From an uncultured Nitrospinota bacterium (GTDB taxonomy: Bacteria > Tectomicrobia > Entotheonellia > J063 > CAVPRW01), in contig CAVPRW010000026.1 in NCBI GenBank assembly GCA_963707985.1, positions 1-64,000 of the forward strand: DNA of 64,000 bases, written 5' to 3'. The first letter of the stretch is position 1. Every line of letters begins with the position of its first letter. Positions 32,536-42,918 of this stretch are shown here, one piece after another. The translations under genes and the position numbers were made by a program. The notes below the pieces were generated by a model that saw nothing but the letters and a program-made list of their open reading frames with translations, had not been told where the DNA came from and did not search any database.

Positions 32536-33341
32536 CACAGGCCCTCCCTGACATGTGAACGTTGAGATCCCGTCAAAGTGGTTTCCACTTTGAACTGCTC
32601 CGACAAGAACCGGTAACTTTTCACCTCTTTCCTCACGTGCCCACGGAGGAGGTCGTGGAGCACCTGTCGCAACTCTAGCTGTTGCTCCCCCGATAAGAAC
32701 AGCCGCTCCGCAGCTCCCCACTGCAGAGTCGAAGCCCGCGCCAACAAGCGCAGCGTCGCTGGTGACACCCGGCGAGCATCCGCGACTCCCGGCGCACATG
32801 ATGGGCACACATAGCCCCCTAGCCCCCCACTCAGCGCCCCAGTTGCTGCGGCCAGTCGATGGCAGCTGACGCAGCGCTCGAGTAACGGCTGATAACCCAC
32901 CAGAGTCAACAGCCGCGCCTCGAAGAGACGCAACCAGAATTCCATGCGTGCGTTTTCCCCCGTCGACACGCACGTCAACAACTGCTCCAGCAACGCGAAC
33001 ACACGCGGCTGCGAGTCAGCATCGGCCAGCAAGGCGTCCATCAGATCGATGGCGTAGAGCGCTGGCCGGAGCTTTTCCCAATCATCACGAATAGCCTGAA
33101 AGGAGGTGAGAATGTCCGTGTGGTCGATACGATAGAGACTTCGGGTCTCTTTACCAAAGAGCATGAGCCGAATCAACGAGAGGGGTTGCAGGCTACTCCC
33201 AAATCGACTGCGCAACCTGCCAGCCCCTTTGGCCACCCCGGCGATCTTGCCATGTTCGAGGGTGAAACAGGTGACAAGACGGTCCGTCTCGCCCAACGGC
33301 CGATTGCGCAAGACAAAGCCCCTGGCGCGTAGCAATGGCAC
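32535..33341 (-). CDS. recO: DNA repair protein RecO
   Basis: GETDRLV, HGKIAGVAKG, SRFGSSLQP, CxxC...CxxC zinc motif; follows era. Confidence 0.93.
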   Translation of the reverse strand: MPLLRARGFVLRNRPLGETDRLVTCFTLEHGKIAGVAKGAGRLRSRFGSSLQPLSLIRLMLFGKETRSLYRIDHTDILTSFQAIRDDWEKLRPALYAIDLMDALLADADSQPRVFALLEQLLTCVSTGENARMEFWLRLFEARLLTLVGYQPLLERCVSCHRLAAATGALSGGLGGYVCPSCAPGVADARRVSPATLRLLARASTLQWGAAERLFLSGEQQLELRQVLHDLLRGHVRKEVKSYRFLSEQFKVETTLTGSQRSHVREGL

Positions 33342-33355
33342 AGCGCGACTCCTCG

Positions 33356-34246
33356 CTACACGTAGCCCATGTCGCGGATGAGTTGCTCGTTTTCGCTCCA
33401 GTCTTTGCGGACTTTGACCCAGAGCGCCAGATACACCCGGGTGTTGAGGCGTCGTTCGATAGCCTGGCGCGCGGCCTGGCCGACCTGCTTCAGCCGGCTA
33501 CCACGCTTACCGATGATGATCCCCTTCTGCGAGTCGCGCTCGACATAGATCGTGGCCTCGACGCGCAGCACCCCACTGTCGGTATCTTCTAGTTGTTCGA
33601 CCATCACGGCCGTCTGATACGGCACTTCCTGGTCCATGAGGGTGAAAATTTGCTCGCGGATCAACTCCGCGATCCAGAACCGCTCCGGTTGGTCAGTCAG
33701 CTGCTCCGTCGGGAAGTAGCGCGGCCCCACAGGCAGGTATTGGCTGATGGCCCGCTGCAAGGCCTCGATGTTCACCTCTTTGAGGGCGGACACTGGGACG
33801 TATTCCGCAAAGGCAAAGTGGTGCTGGTAGGTCTCGATGAGCGGTAGGAGTTGGCGGTGGTCGATCAGATCGATCTTGTTGATCACCAGAAAGATCGGGG
33901 TCTTCACGTCCTTGAGCTGTTGCAGGATGAACTCATCGGCCGCAAGCTGTTCGGGGCTTGCCACCTCGGTCACCAGCAAGATCAGATCGACACCTTGATA
34001 GGCATCGCGTGCAATCTGCATCATATGCCGATTGAGTGCGCTACGCGGCCGTGCCATCCCCGGCGTATCAACGAAGATCAGCTGGGCCTCTGCGGTCGTC
34101 TTGATCCCGGTGATACGGCTACGCGTGGTCTGGGGCTTGGTCGAGACAATAGCGATCTTCTCCCCTACCAGGGCATTCAGCAGCGTGGATTTGCCGACAT
34201 TTGGACGACCCAGAAGCGCGATAAAGCCCGACTTGAATTCAGTCAT
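33356..34246 (-). CDS. era: GTPase Era
   Basis: GRPNVGKS, PQTTR, DTPG, NKID, KH domain SQKGIIIGK. Confidence 0.97.
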   Translation of the reverse strand: MTEFKSGFIALLGRPNVGKSTLLNALVGEKIAIVSTKPQTTRSRITGIKTTAEAQLIFVDTPGMARPRSALNRHMMQIARDAYQGVDLILLVTEVASPEQLAADEFILQQLKDVKTPIFLVINKIDLIDHRQLLPLIETYQHHFAFAEYVPVSALKEVNIEALQRAISQYLPVGPRYFPTEQLTDQPERFWIAELIREQIFTLMDQEVPYQTAVMVEQLEDTDSGVLRVEATIYVERDSQKGIIIGKRGSRLKQVGQAARQAIERRLNTRVYLALWVKVRKDWSENEQLIRDMGYV

Positions 34247-34312
34247 TCAGGGTCGAATCCTCCTCCACGAAGGCACCGAAGCGTCCAGAGAACAGTGCTC
34301 GGCACGATCTTC

Positions 34313-36095
34313 TTAGCTCAGATCAACTTTGAGGTGCAACTCTTTGAGTTGTTTCTCATCCACCCGTGATGGTGCGTTGGTCATCAAGCAGGTTGCCCGC
34401 TGGGTCTTGGGAAAGGCGATGGTATCGCGGATGGATGATGCTCCGGTCAACAGCATCATCAGGCGGTCAAGCCCCAGGGCAATCCCGCCGTGCGGCGGAG
34501 CCCCGAGCTCCAGAGCATCCATCAGGAAGCCGAACTGTTCGTGGGCCTCATCCTTGGACATCCCCAACACCTGGAACATCAACTCCTGGGTCTCACGGCG
34601 ATGGATACGGATACTCCCACCACCGAGCTCACGTCCATTCAGCACCAGGTCATAGGCTTTTGCCCGCACCCGACCGGGGTCGGTCTGCAACACCGGCAGG
34701 TCATCGTCGCGTGGAGCGGTGAAGGGGTGGTGCTTGGCCACATAGCGACGCTCCTCCTCACTGTACTCCAGCAGGGGGAAATCCACCACCCACACAAAGG
34801 CCAGGACATCCTCCGGGATGAGCCCGAGACGCTCCCCAAGGTGCACCCGCAGATTCCCCAGGGCATCCTCCACCACCTCGGGCTTGTCCGCCACAAACAA
34901 CAGCAAATCGCCGGGTTTCCCTTCCATCTGCTGCGTGATGGCTTGCAGGGTGGATGCAGGGAAAAAGCGCGCGATGGGGGACTGAATGCCCTCAGCAGTG
35001 ACCTTCATCCACGCCAACCCCCTGGCCTTGAAGGGTTTGACAAACGCGGTGAGATCATCCAAGTCTTTGCGCGAGTAGCTGGCACAGCCTTTGGCCGTCA
35101 GACCTTTGACCTGCCCGCCCGCCTCGATGGCCTGGCGGAAGACGGCAAATTCGCTCTCCCTGGCCAATGGCGTGATGTCGGAGAGTTCCATGCCAAAGCG
35201 GATGTCCGGCGCATCCTTGCCGAAGCGCTCCATGGCCTCCTGATAGGTCATGCGCGGGAAGGGGGTGGGAATGTCGATACCGCGGCCCACCTGGAACGCC
35301 CTGACCATCATGCCCTCGATCAGCGCCACCAGCTCCTCGATCTGCGGAAAGGACATCTCGACGTCGATTTGCGTGAACTCGGGTTGGCGGTCGGCGCGCA
35401 AGTCCTCGTCTCGGAAACAGCGCACGATCTGGAAGTAGCGATCGAAGCCGGAGATCATCAGCAGCTGCTTGAAATATTGCGGCGACTGGGGCAGCGCGTA
35501 GAATTCTCCAGGGTTGAGGCGGCTCGGCACCAGATAATCCCGTGCCCCCTCCGGGGTGCTGCGAATCAGGAAGGGTGTTTCGATCTCGAGGAAGCCGCTG
35601 GCATCCATGTAATCGCGGATCGCCTTCACGACACGATGGCGAATGATCAGGTTACGTTGCACCTGCGGGCGGCGCAGGTCGAGGTAACGATACTTGAAGC
35701 GCAGGGCCTCGGAGACCTCTTCCTCGCTGTCCAGCACGAAGGGCGGAGGATTCGACTCGGCGAGGATGGTTAGTGCCGTCGCCATCACCTCCACGTCACC
35801 GGTGGCCAGGTGGGGATTGGCACTCCCGAGCCGGGCGCTCGATGACCGTGCCGATGACCGCCACGACGTACTCGTTGCGCAGCCGGCTGGCGTTGGCATG
35901 GGTGTCAACCGCCACCTGTGGGTTGAACACGACCTGAACCATGCCTTCGCGGTCGCGCAAATCGATGAAAATCAGGCCGCCATGGTCACGCCGCCGATGC
36001 ACCCAGCCCATCAGCACCACTTGCTGGGAGGCGTGCTCTCGACGCAACTCGCCGCAGCGGTGGGTTCGCCGCAACTCCCCGAGCTCTTCGCCCAT
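34313..36095 (-). CDS. aspS: Aspartate--tRNA ligase (frameshift near 35830)
   Basis: [60 protein letters not shown]. Confidence 0.95.
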
Positions 36096-36200
36096 CACCA
36101 GATCCCCCTGCCCCTGAACAATTGCGAATCCGAACCGATCGTTTAGCCAAAAAAACTGCCGCCTCTTGGCCGGCAGAGCTGCTATGATAATATGCAGCAG

Positions 36201-36381
36201 GTCGTTGTATCTGTTCACCCCTGGGGGCGATGAGCACGTTGAGATGAGGCGGGTAAGGGATGGGCGCGTCGCTCCCTCACGCGCTGAAGGCTGGTGGCTG
36301 ACCTGCCGGTCGGCGACCGAACGCCAGCGAAGAGCAATTTTCGGTGCTCTCCGCGTGCCCGGCGGTGAACGTTGGGACGAT
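36201..36381 (+). ncRNA. Candidate rod-shaped structured RNA (6S RNA-like)
   Basis: Nested stems GTCGTT/GACGAT, GTTCACC/GGTGAAC, GAGCAC/GTGCTC, GGCGGGT/ACCTGCC, GCGCGT/ACGCGC; G.U pairs favour the + strand; ~180 nt; TTGGCC-16-TAATAT promoter upstream. Confidence 0.4.
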
Positions 36382-36386
36382 GTGAA

Positions 36387-36415
36387 AGAATAGCGTCAAT
36401 TCCTCTCCATTGCAA
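36387..36415 (-). promoter_or_regulatory. Sigma70-type promoter facing aspS
   Basis: TTGCAA-17 bp-TATTCT on the minus strand. Confidence 0.5.
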
Positions 36416-36442
36416 GAGGATTGTCACCAAGAAGCTGGCTGT

Positions 36443-39059
36443 ATGACGTACCCCGACTCTGTCCCGGATCCCGCACGCAATCCCACCGCGACGACCTCGT
36501 CGGTATCGCCCGCTGGTGCCCATTGTGATGGCGTTTTGTGTCGCGATTCTTGCCGCCGATTGGAGTTCTACCCACTTCCTTTGGGCGATGGGCACGATCG
36601 TGCTGCTGGCTGGAGTCTGTGTGGGCCTGGCCATTCGTTATGCACGCGCGCGTCGCCTGCTGCTTTCGGCGACGTGTATGCTCGTGCTCGGTTATGCCTA
36701 TGCTCTGTGGACTGCTGTTTATTTGCCGGAGGATCACGTCTCCCATCACCTAAGCCCGGCACCAGTCACGCTTGAGGGCCAGGTGCTGAGGTGCGTGAAG
36801 CTGGGACCGAACCGTACCACGCTCGACCTCTCGGCACGCGCGCTCACAGTTGAGACCGCTGTGGTCACCAGTCTCTGGGCGCGTGCGCGTCACCGCGTAC
36901 GATTTCGAGCCCGCGGTCGAGGTCGGAGACATCGTTCGCATCCATCATCTGCGACTGCGGCAGCCAAGCGGCTTCCGTAACCCTGGGGCCTTCGACTATG
37001 GCCGCTACCTGGCACGCCGCGGCATTTATGCTACCGGAAGCCTGAGTAAGCAGGAGCATATCGAAGTGGTGCAGCACTCATCAAGTGTGCTGCTGGAACG
37101 ATTTTCTCAATTCAAAAGCCGTTGGCCGATGGGATCGCCGCGGCAATGGATGCGGATGAAGCCGCGATTACGACGACAATGGTTCTGGGCGTCCGCAGTA
37201 CGCTCCCGCCTCAGGTGCGTGAAGCATTCAACGCTTCTGGCACAGTTCATCTCCTGTCGGTGTCGGGATTCCACGTGGCCGCCGTCTATGGCGCGGTGTT
37301 TTTTCTGCTCCGTTTCCTGATTAAGCAGATACGCTTCCGGCTGCTCGGTCGTGTCAGCGGCGGGCCACGTCCCTCCAAGCTTGCCGCCACCAGCGCCCTG
37401 GCCGTGGTCATAGGCTATGCGTGTTTGGTCACGCTCGATGGTCTTGTTGACTTGGTCGATCCGAATTTTCCCGCCATTCGTTCGACCATCATGATCACCA
37501 CCTTCGTCTTCGCCTATCTCATCGACCGCGATGGGGACCCGTTCAACATCACGTTGCTGGCAGCGCTAGTGATCCTCGCCCTCGATCCCTTGGCTCTGTT
37601 TGGCATCGGCTTCCAGCTATCGTTCGTGGGGGTCTTGGCCATATTTTACGCCTACCGCTTCCTCTCCCAATCGAGTATAGACGACATGGAACCGAACCGT
37701 TCCCCTGACACTGTGATCCGGCTCAAACGCTGGTTACGGGACGTGGTGGTCGTTTCCACGTTCGCCAGTCTCGGGACGACGCCTCTCATCCTGTATCATT
37801 TCGAACGGCTTCCCCTCATCGCCCCCCTGGCCAACATCATCGTTGCCCCCTTGGCCTCGATCGCTGTGCTAGGTGCGATCATGGCATCTTTCACGACGCA
37901 GATCCTCCCACCTCTCGGCAGCATTCTGCTCTTCCTGACAGCCGTGATCGTCAAATCGATGTATGGCGTGATCCGCTTCTTTGCGGCGCTTCCCTATGCC
38001 GCGCCCCACACCGGTGCAGTCTCGCTCCCGACCGTGATGCTGGCATATGCGGCCCTCTTATTACTACCCTATAGCCCGGGCCATCGCCTGGCGCGCTGGG
38101 GTACTATCGGCGGCGCTGTCATGGCCAGTGTGTGGCTCGCCTGGCCCTGGCTGTTTCCGGCTGGACGTGGTCAACTCCTGGTCACCTTTCTCGATGTCGG
38201 CCATGGGGATGCCAGCTTCATCCGCTTCCCACACGGCACCACCATGCTCATCGACAGTGGAGGCTCCTATCGCGATGATAGTGATATAGGGGCACGTGTG
38301 GTGGCCCCATTCCTGCGACACACACGGGTACGCGGCCTGGATTATCTGGTGGCTACCCACCCTCAATCCGATCATGCCAAAGGTTTTGGCGCGATTCTCC
38401 AGGACTTCCGGGCAGGGTTGTTCTGGGATAACGGCGCACCCTTGCGATCTGAGTGGTATAGCGCACTACGCGAAGTGGCGGTGCAGCGCGGCATCTATCA
38501 AGATGTTGTGGCCGCAGGGTACACGGCGACCGTCATTGATGGTGTGCATCTCGACCTGCTCCATCCCAGCGCGACATTCCAGTCTCAGACGAAACGACGT
38601 GGCGAGCGGGAGGCTGCCGGCGAGAATAACCGTTCGCTCGTCCTCAAGCTGACCTACGGGGCCGTCAGCTTCCTGTTCACCGGCGACATTGAGCAAGAGG
38701 CCGAGAGTGTTCTGCTGCAGACCCGTGATAATCTTCGGGCCACCGTCTTGAAGGTACCGCATCATGGCAGCCGCACATCGAGCAGCGAGCCCTTCGTGCG
38801 AGCCGTCGATCCAAGCGTTGCAGTATTTTCCGTGCAACGGGATAGCCGGTTTGGTCATCCCCACCCGATGGTCGTCGAGCGCTACAAAGCCTTGGGTGTC
38901 CACCTCTTTCGCACCGACGAACATGGGGCGATCACTGTCCGCACCGATGGACAAATTGTGTGGGTCGAACCATTTCTCAGTAAGCCAGTAGTGCTCTCTG
39001 CCCAAGCTCCCCGCCACCTAGCGGGGACGCTCGGACCGTCTGTGGCCACACCTCGATAG
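36443..39059 (+). CDS. comEC: Competence protein ComEC/Rec2 (frameshifts near 36877 and 37120; start uncertain)
   Basis: RNPGAFDY, GTVHLLSVSGFH, GFQLSF, FLDVGHGDA, THPQSDH, LFTGDIE, KVPHHGS. Confidence 0.9.
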
Positions 39060-39430
39060 CTCGGAACACGGGTCTTCCGGTGGAACTGAGCAGAATCTAG
39101 CCAGTACGTTCAGATCCGAGCAGACCCCAATCCTCTGATTAGGCAAGTGATATTGTCCGTCTCCCGCTATCGAACCCTCCCTGCTGTGTCATCCCACGCA
39201 TGGGCTCCCCAGCATTATGCCCATGTGGATTAGCGATCCGCTCAACCATCGCCAATCATTAACTCCGATGACGCGAATTGGTATCAGTCTTGCCTGAATT
39301 TGTCCATAATGGCAGAAATGGCAGATTGAGCAACCAGGTATACGCCAGCATGGAATGGATGAGTGAGGAGGCACAAGGCTCAGAGGAGCGCTTTGGTCAT
39401 GAGTCGGATAGCAACCTATGGAGGCAAGAA

Positions 39431-41953
39431 ATGTGCAGACCCTCCGAACGAGTCAAGGCTGTCATCTTCGCCACAATGACGCTGATCGCCTCTCTCGCCA
39501 TTCCCGTCGGCAGTTCCGTCAGCGATGATCCTATAGCATTGCAACAGCGAGCTATTCAGCGTATCGATAGCTATATCGAGCGCTTTCGCAAGACGGGGGA
39601 CACGGCGTCTCTGCTGCCGGACCTGCAGCAGGCCGATGTCGAGCTTGCTGCCAGTTACGAAGTTTTTCTGCGCCGCGGAAACCGCGAAGCGGCCGCCTTG
39701 AGTTTGATCAAGCGTGGTGATACTGGCCGACTGCGGAATCAATGGCAGCAGGCCGTTGCTTTCTATCAGCAAGCGCATCAGCTGGCCGAAAAGGCTAACC
39801 ACCTCGGCTATCAAGCCAAGGCCCTGTTGGGGCAAGCGAGAGCCGAAGCGTACGGTTTTCGCGATTACGACTCTGCTGGCCTCCACATCGAACAGGCGAT
39901 CCGCTTGAGCGCTACGCTTGACGATCCGAAGGAGCTCTTCAATAGCCTTGATGTCATGGCTCAGATCCAGATCAGTCGTGGAGAATTGATCGCCGCGGCC
40001 GAGACCCTCAACCGCGCGTTTTCTGTTGTCAGTGCCATCGAGGACCAGACGGTGCTGTATTACGCGTATTTCGACCGGGCGGACATCTACCAGAAGCTGG
40101 CGGAAAAGTGCGATTACCAACGAACCTTTGAGCCATGCTATGAGGCCCTCACGCTCGCCCAGGCTGATTATGAACGGGCTTTGTCCCTCGCCAGAAAACT
40201 CGGATATACTGGTCTCGCTCAGCAGACAGAGGGATTCTTACGCCGGCTCGGCACACGCCGGGAAATGATCCAATCGCAAGAAAACTTTCACAAGCAGCTG
40301 CTTCAAAGCGCGATTTTCCATCCCAAACAGCCGCCTGATGTGTTAGTCGATGAGCAATTTCTCACCGGTAGTCAGAACATCCCGCCTGGATTGCTTGGGC
40401 TCATGCAGCACTCAGGGGCATTCGCTGGCGGCGATGCGAGGAGCTTCTATACCCAGGGTTTGTTTCATCAAATGCAGGGGGCAAACGATGCGGCCTTGCA
40501 CGCGTATCTGAAGGCGGTTGAGCTACTGGAGGTGGACCGCCGCCGTCTCCGTGATGATAAAAGCCGCGGCACCTTCCTGGAGGATAAAATCGAATTTTAC
40601 TACACCCCGATTCTGCATCTGCTGGAACGCCGGCATGTGGCGGAGGCCTTTGAGCTGTTAGAGCGCTCTAGAGCCCGTGGCATGGCGGACCTTCTGGCCA
40701 GCAAGACACTGGCTCTGTCGCGGCCAAAGGACCGCGAGCTGTATGCGGAGTCCCTCAAGGTGCGGGTGCAGATTGCTCGTCTGCAACAAGAGCTGTTTGC
40801 CGACAGAGGTCGGGCGGATCGCGATAGTTACGCAGACAGAATCACCAACCGTGAGGGGGAAATCCATAAGCTGGAGGCAGAGCATCGCCAGCTCCTCAGT
40901 CGCATGGCCCAAGAGGCCCCCAAGCTGCCAGTGTTGGTAGTGTCAGAGCCAGTCCCCTTACAGCAATTGCAGCAGTCCATGAAGCGGGACGGTTATGAAA
41001 TGCTGCAGTACCTGGTGCTGGAGAGCGCTGTCCTGCTGTGGCACATCAGCGGCGATGCGATACAGGTCAGATCTGTGTTCTTGCCCAGGTCGGAGCTGAT
41101 CAAGAAGGTGGAGGTGCTGCGCAAGAGCCTCACGCACAGGGACGAAGTTTTCGATGAACAAGTTGCCCGGGAGATGTTCCTGTTCCTGATTCAACCGGTA
41201 CTGCAACAGATCAAATCGAACCATCTCGTCATTATCCCCCACGAAGATCTCTATTACGTCCCGTTTCAGGTGTTCCAGGACCCCTCGGACCGCACCTATC
41301 TCGGCGAGCGGTTTCGACTGTCCTACGCCCCCAGCGCGACCATATTCTCGGGACTCAGAAAGGCGGAAAACGTCGCTGGAGGTAGGCTACTGGCGGTCGC
41401 AGACCCCACGATCCCTGCGGCGCGGAAAGAAGTAGACTTTCTGGCCAAACTGTATCCTGGCCGCCATAAGGTGGTGAGCGATGTTCTGGTGAGAGAGGCA
41501 GACCTCAAGTCCTGGGTTGCGGATTACGACGTGCACCACCTCTCTGTGCACGGCACATTCAGGCTGCAGGAGCCGCTTCTCTCGTATCTGAAGCTGAGCG
41601 CGGGCGGACAGGATGACGGCGAGCTCACCGCTGCAGAGATGTTCGGTCTCCCCCTGGAGCAGAGCCGCTTGGTGGTGATGAGTGCCTGCGAAACGGGGCA
41701 GGCCCAGGCCACCCATGCCAATGAGGTCCTCGGGATGGTGCGCGCTCTCCTCTATGCTGGCGCCAATACCCTGATTTTATCTGGCTGGAGAGTTGACGCC
41801 GCATCGACAGGCCTGTGGATGCAGACGTTTTATAAGGAAGCCCAAACCCGATCGGTCGGCGAAGCTGCCCGACTGGCCTTGATAGCGGTGAAGCAAGAGC
41901 CTCAATACAGTCATCCCTACTATTGGGGACCGTTTCTCCTGATCGGGAGGTAG
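39431..41953 (+). CDS. Exported TPR + CHAT-domain protease
   Basis: N-terminal hydrophobic signal (VIFATMTLIASLAIPVG), helical TPR-like repeats, EAFELLERSRAR, LVIIPH, catalytic HLSVHG and VMSACETG, HPYYWGPF. Confidence 0.9.
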   Translation: MCRPSERVKAVIFATMTLIASLAIPVGSSVSDDPIALQQRAIQRIDSYIERFRKTGDTASLLPDLQQADVELAASYEVFLRRGNREAAALSLIKRGDTGRLRNQWQQAVAFYQQAHQLAEKANHLGYQAKALLGQARAEAYGFRDYDSAGLHIEQAIRLSATLDDPKELFNSLDVMAQIQISRGELIAAAETLNRAFSVVSAIEDQTVLYYAYFDRADIYQKLAEKCDYQRTFEPCYEALTLAQADYERALSLARKLGYTGLAQQTEGFLRRLGTRREMIQSQENFHKQLLQSAIFHPKQPPDVLVDEQFLTGSQNIPPGLLGLMQHSGAFAGGDARSFYTQGLFHQMQGANDAALHAYLKAVELLEVDRRRLRDDKSRGTFLEDKIEFYYTPILHLLERRHVAEAFELLERSRARGMADLLASKTLALSRPKDRELYAESLKVRVQIARLQQELFADRGRADRDSYADRITNREGEIHKLEAEHRQLLSRMAQEAPKLPVLVVSEPVPLQQLQQSMKRDGYEMLQYLVLESAVLLWHISGDAIQVRSVFLPRSELIKKVEVLRKSLTHRDEVFDEQVAREMFLFLIQPVLQQIKSNHLVIIPHEDLYYVPFQVFQDPSDRTYLGERFRLSYAPSATIFSGLRKAENVAGGRLLAVADPTIPAARKEVDFLAKLYPGRHKVVSDVLVREADLKSWVADYDVHHLSVHGTFRLQEPLLSYLKLSAGGQDDGELTAAEMFGLPLEQSRLVVMSACETGQAQATHANEVLGMVRALLYAGANTLILSGWRVDAASTGLWMQTFYKEAQTRSVGEAARLALIAVKQEPQYSHPYYWGPFLLIGR

Positions 41954-41955
41954 CC

Positions 41956-42918
41956 GTGGCTGATCTGTGGCAGGATCTGGGCGACAAGATCAAGGGGCTG
42001 GCTGGCACCTGGACCGCCTATACCGCCCTGGGGAGCTTCACCCTCTACCTCCTGGGCTATCTCACACTTCGATTCCACCTCACCGCTCTGGGTGTCGGCA
42101 CCGATTTGGCGGTCTTCGATGAGCGCTATTTTTTCGCCGGGGCCAAATTCCTGGTTTACCTGGTGTCCTCTGTCCCGATTGTGGTGCTGCTCGGGCTGGT
42201 GGTGTTTGCCCTGGTGTATCTCCTGTCTCGCCTCCTGGGATGGAGACGCCTGAGACGAGCGGGGGACGCAGTAAAGGGCTGCTGGCAGAGGCTCCTCATC
42301 TGGTGGTCTGATCCCAACAGACTGACCGTCACCGGAATTATCCTGGCGGTCGTGATCATCCAGTTCGTCATGCGCCAGTGCTTTCTCTTCAGCAATCTAT
42401 TGCTGGCACCCAGCCTGCCGAAACCCAAATGGCTCCAATGTCTGCTGCTAGCACCGGAAGAAGGCTTTCGGTCCCTGTACTTCTCCGGGCTGTTGGCCAG
42501 CGCGGCGCTGACCGGCGGTCTGTGGATATTAGCCAGACACCAGCCTAGGGACACGACTCGATCGCATCTGCTGCATGGCCTGTTAGGCTTTCTCGTCGCC
42601 GTACAACTCTTGCTGCTGCCGGTGAATTACGGCATACTCATCGCTGACAAAACCATCCCGAAGGTGGCCAACCTCGGCAATCAAAAGTCGTTGCAGGTGG
42701 CGGAGGAGGCGTGGCTGGTGTGGGAGGGAAAGGATGGGGTAAGCTACCTGGTCAGGGGTAGACAGGCTGGCAAGGAGCAGCGCGCGCTGATCACCATACC
42801 CCGCGGCGATGTCAAAGAAATCAACATAATCGCTTATGACCCCATCCTGCGAGTCCTCTTTGCCGAGCGCGCGAGCCAGACATTACCGCAGCTGGAGAGC
42901 GAACAGGGGGGACGCTAG
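41956..42918 (+). CDS. Hypothetical multi-pass membrane protein (~5 TM + soluble C-terminal domain)
   Basis: GGAGG RBS at the CHAT stop; five hydrophobic segments; its stop overlaps the next start (TAGTG). Confidence 0.8.
   Translation: MADLWQDLGDKIKGLAGTWTAYTALGSFTLYLLGYLTLRFHLTALGVGTDLAVFDERYFFAGAKFLVYLVSSVPIVVLLGLVVFALVYLLSRLLGWRRLRRAGDAVKGCWQRLLIWWSDPNRLTVTGIILAVVIIQFVMRQCFLFSNLLLAPSLPKPKWLQCLLLAPEEGFRSLYFSGLLASAALTGGLWILARHQPRDTTRSHLLHGLLGFLVAVQLLLLPVNYGILIADKTIPKVANLGNQKSLQVAEEAWLVWEGKDGVSYLVRGRQAGKEQRALITIPRGDVKEINIIAYDPILRVLFAERASQTLPQLESEQGGR

Noticed and set aside
36200..36390. Glycine, SAM, TPP or cobalamin riboswitch, T-box or SRP RNA
   Set aside because: Diagnostic conserved motifs were not found by eye; only a partial GGAGAG-CACCGAA resemblance on the minus strand
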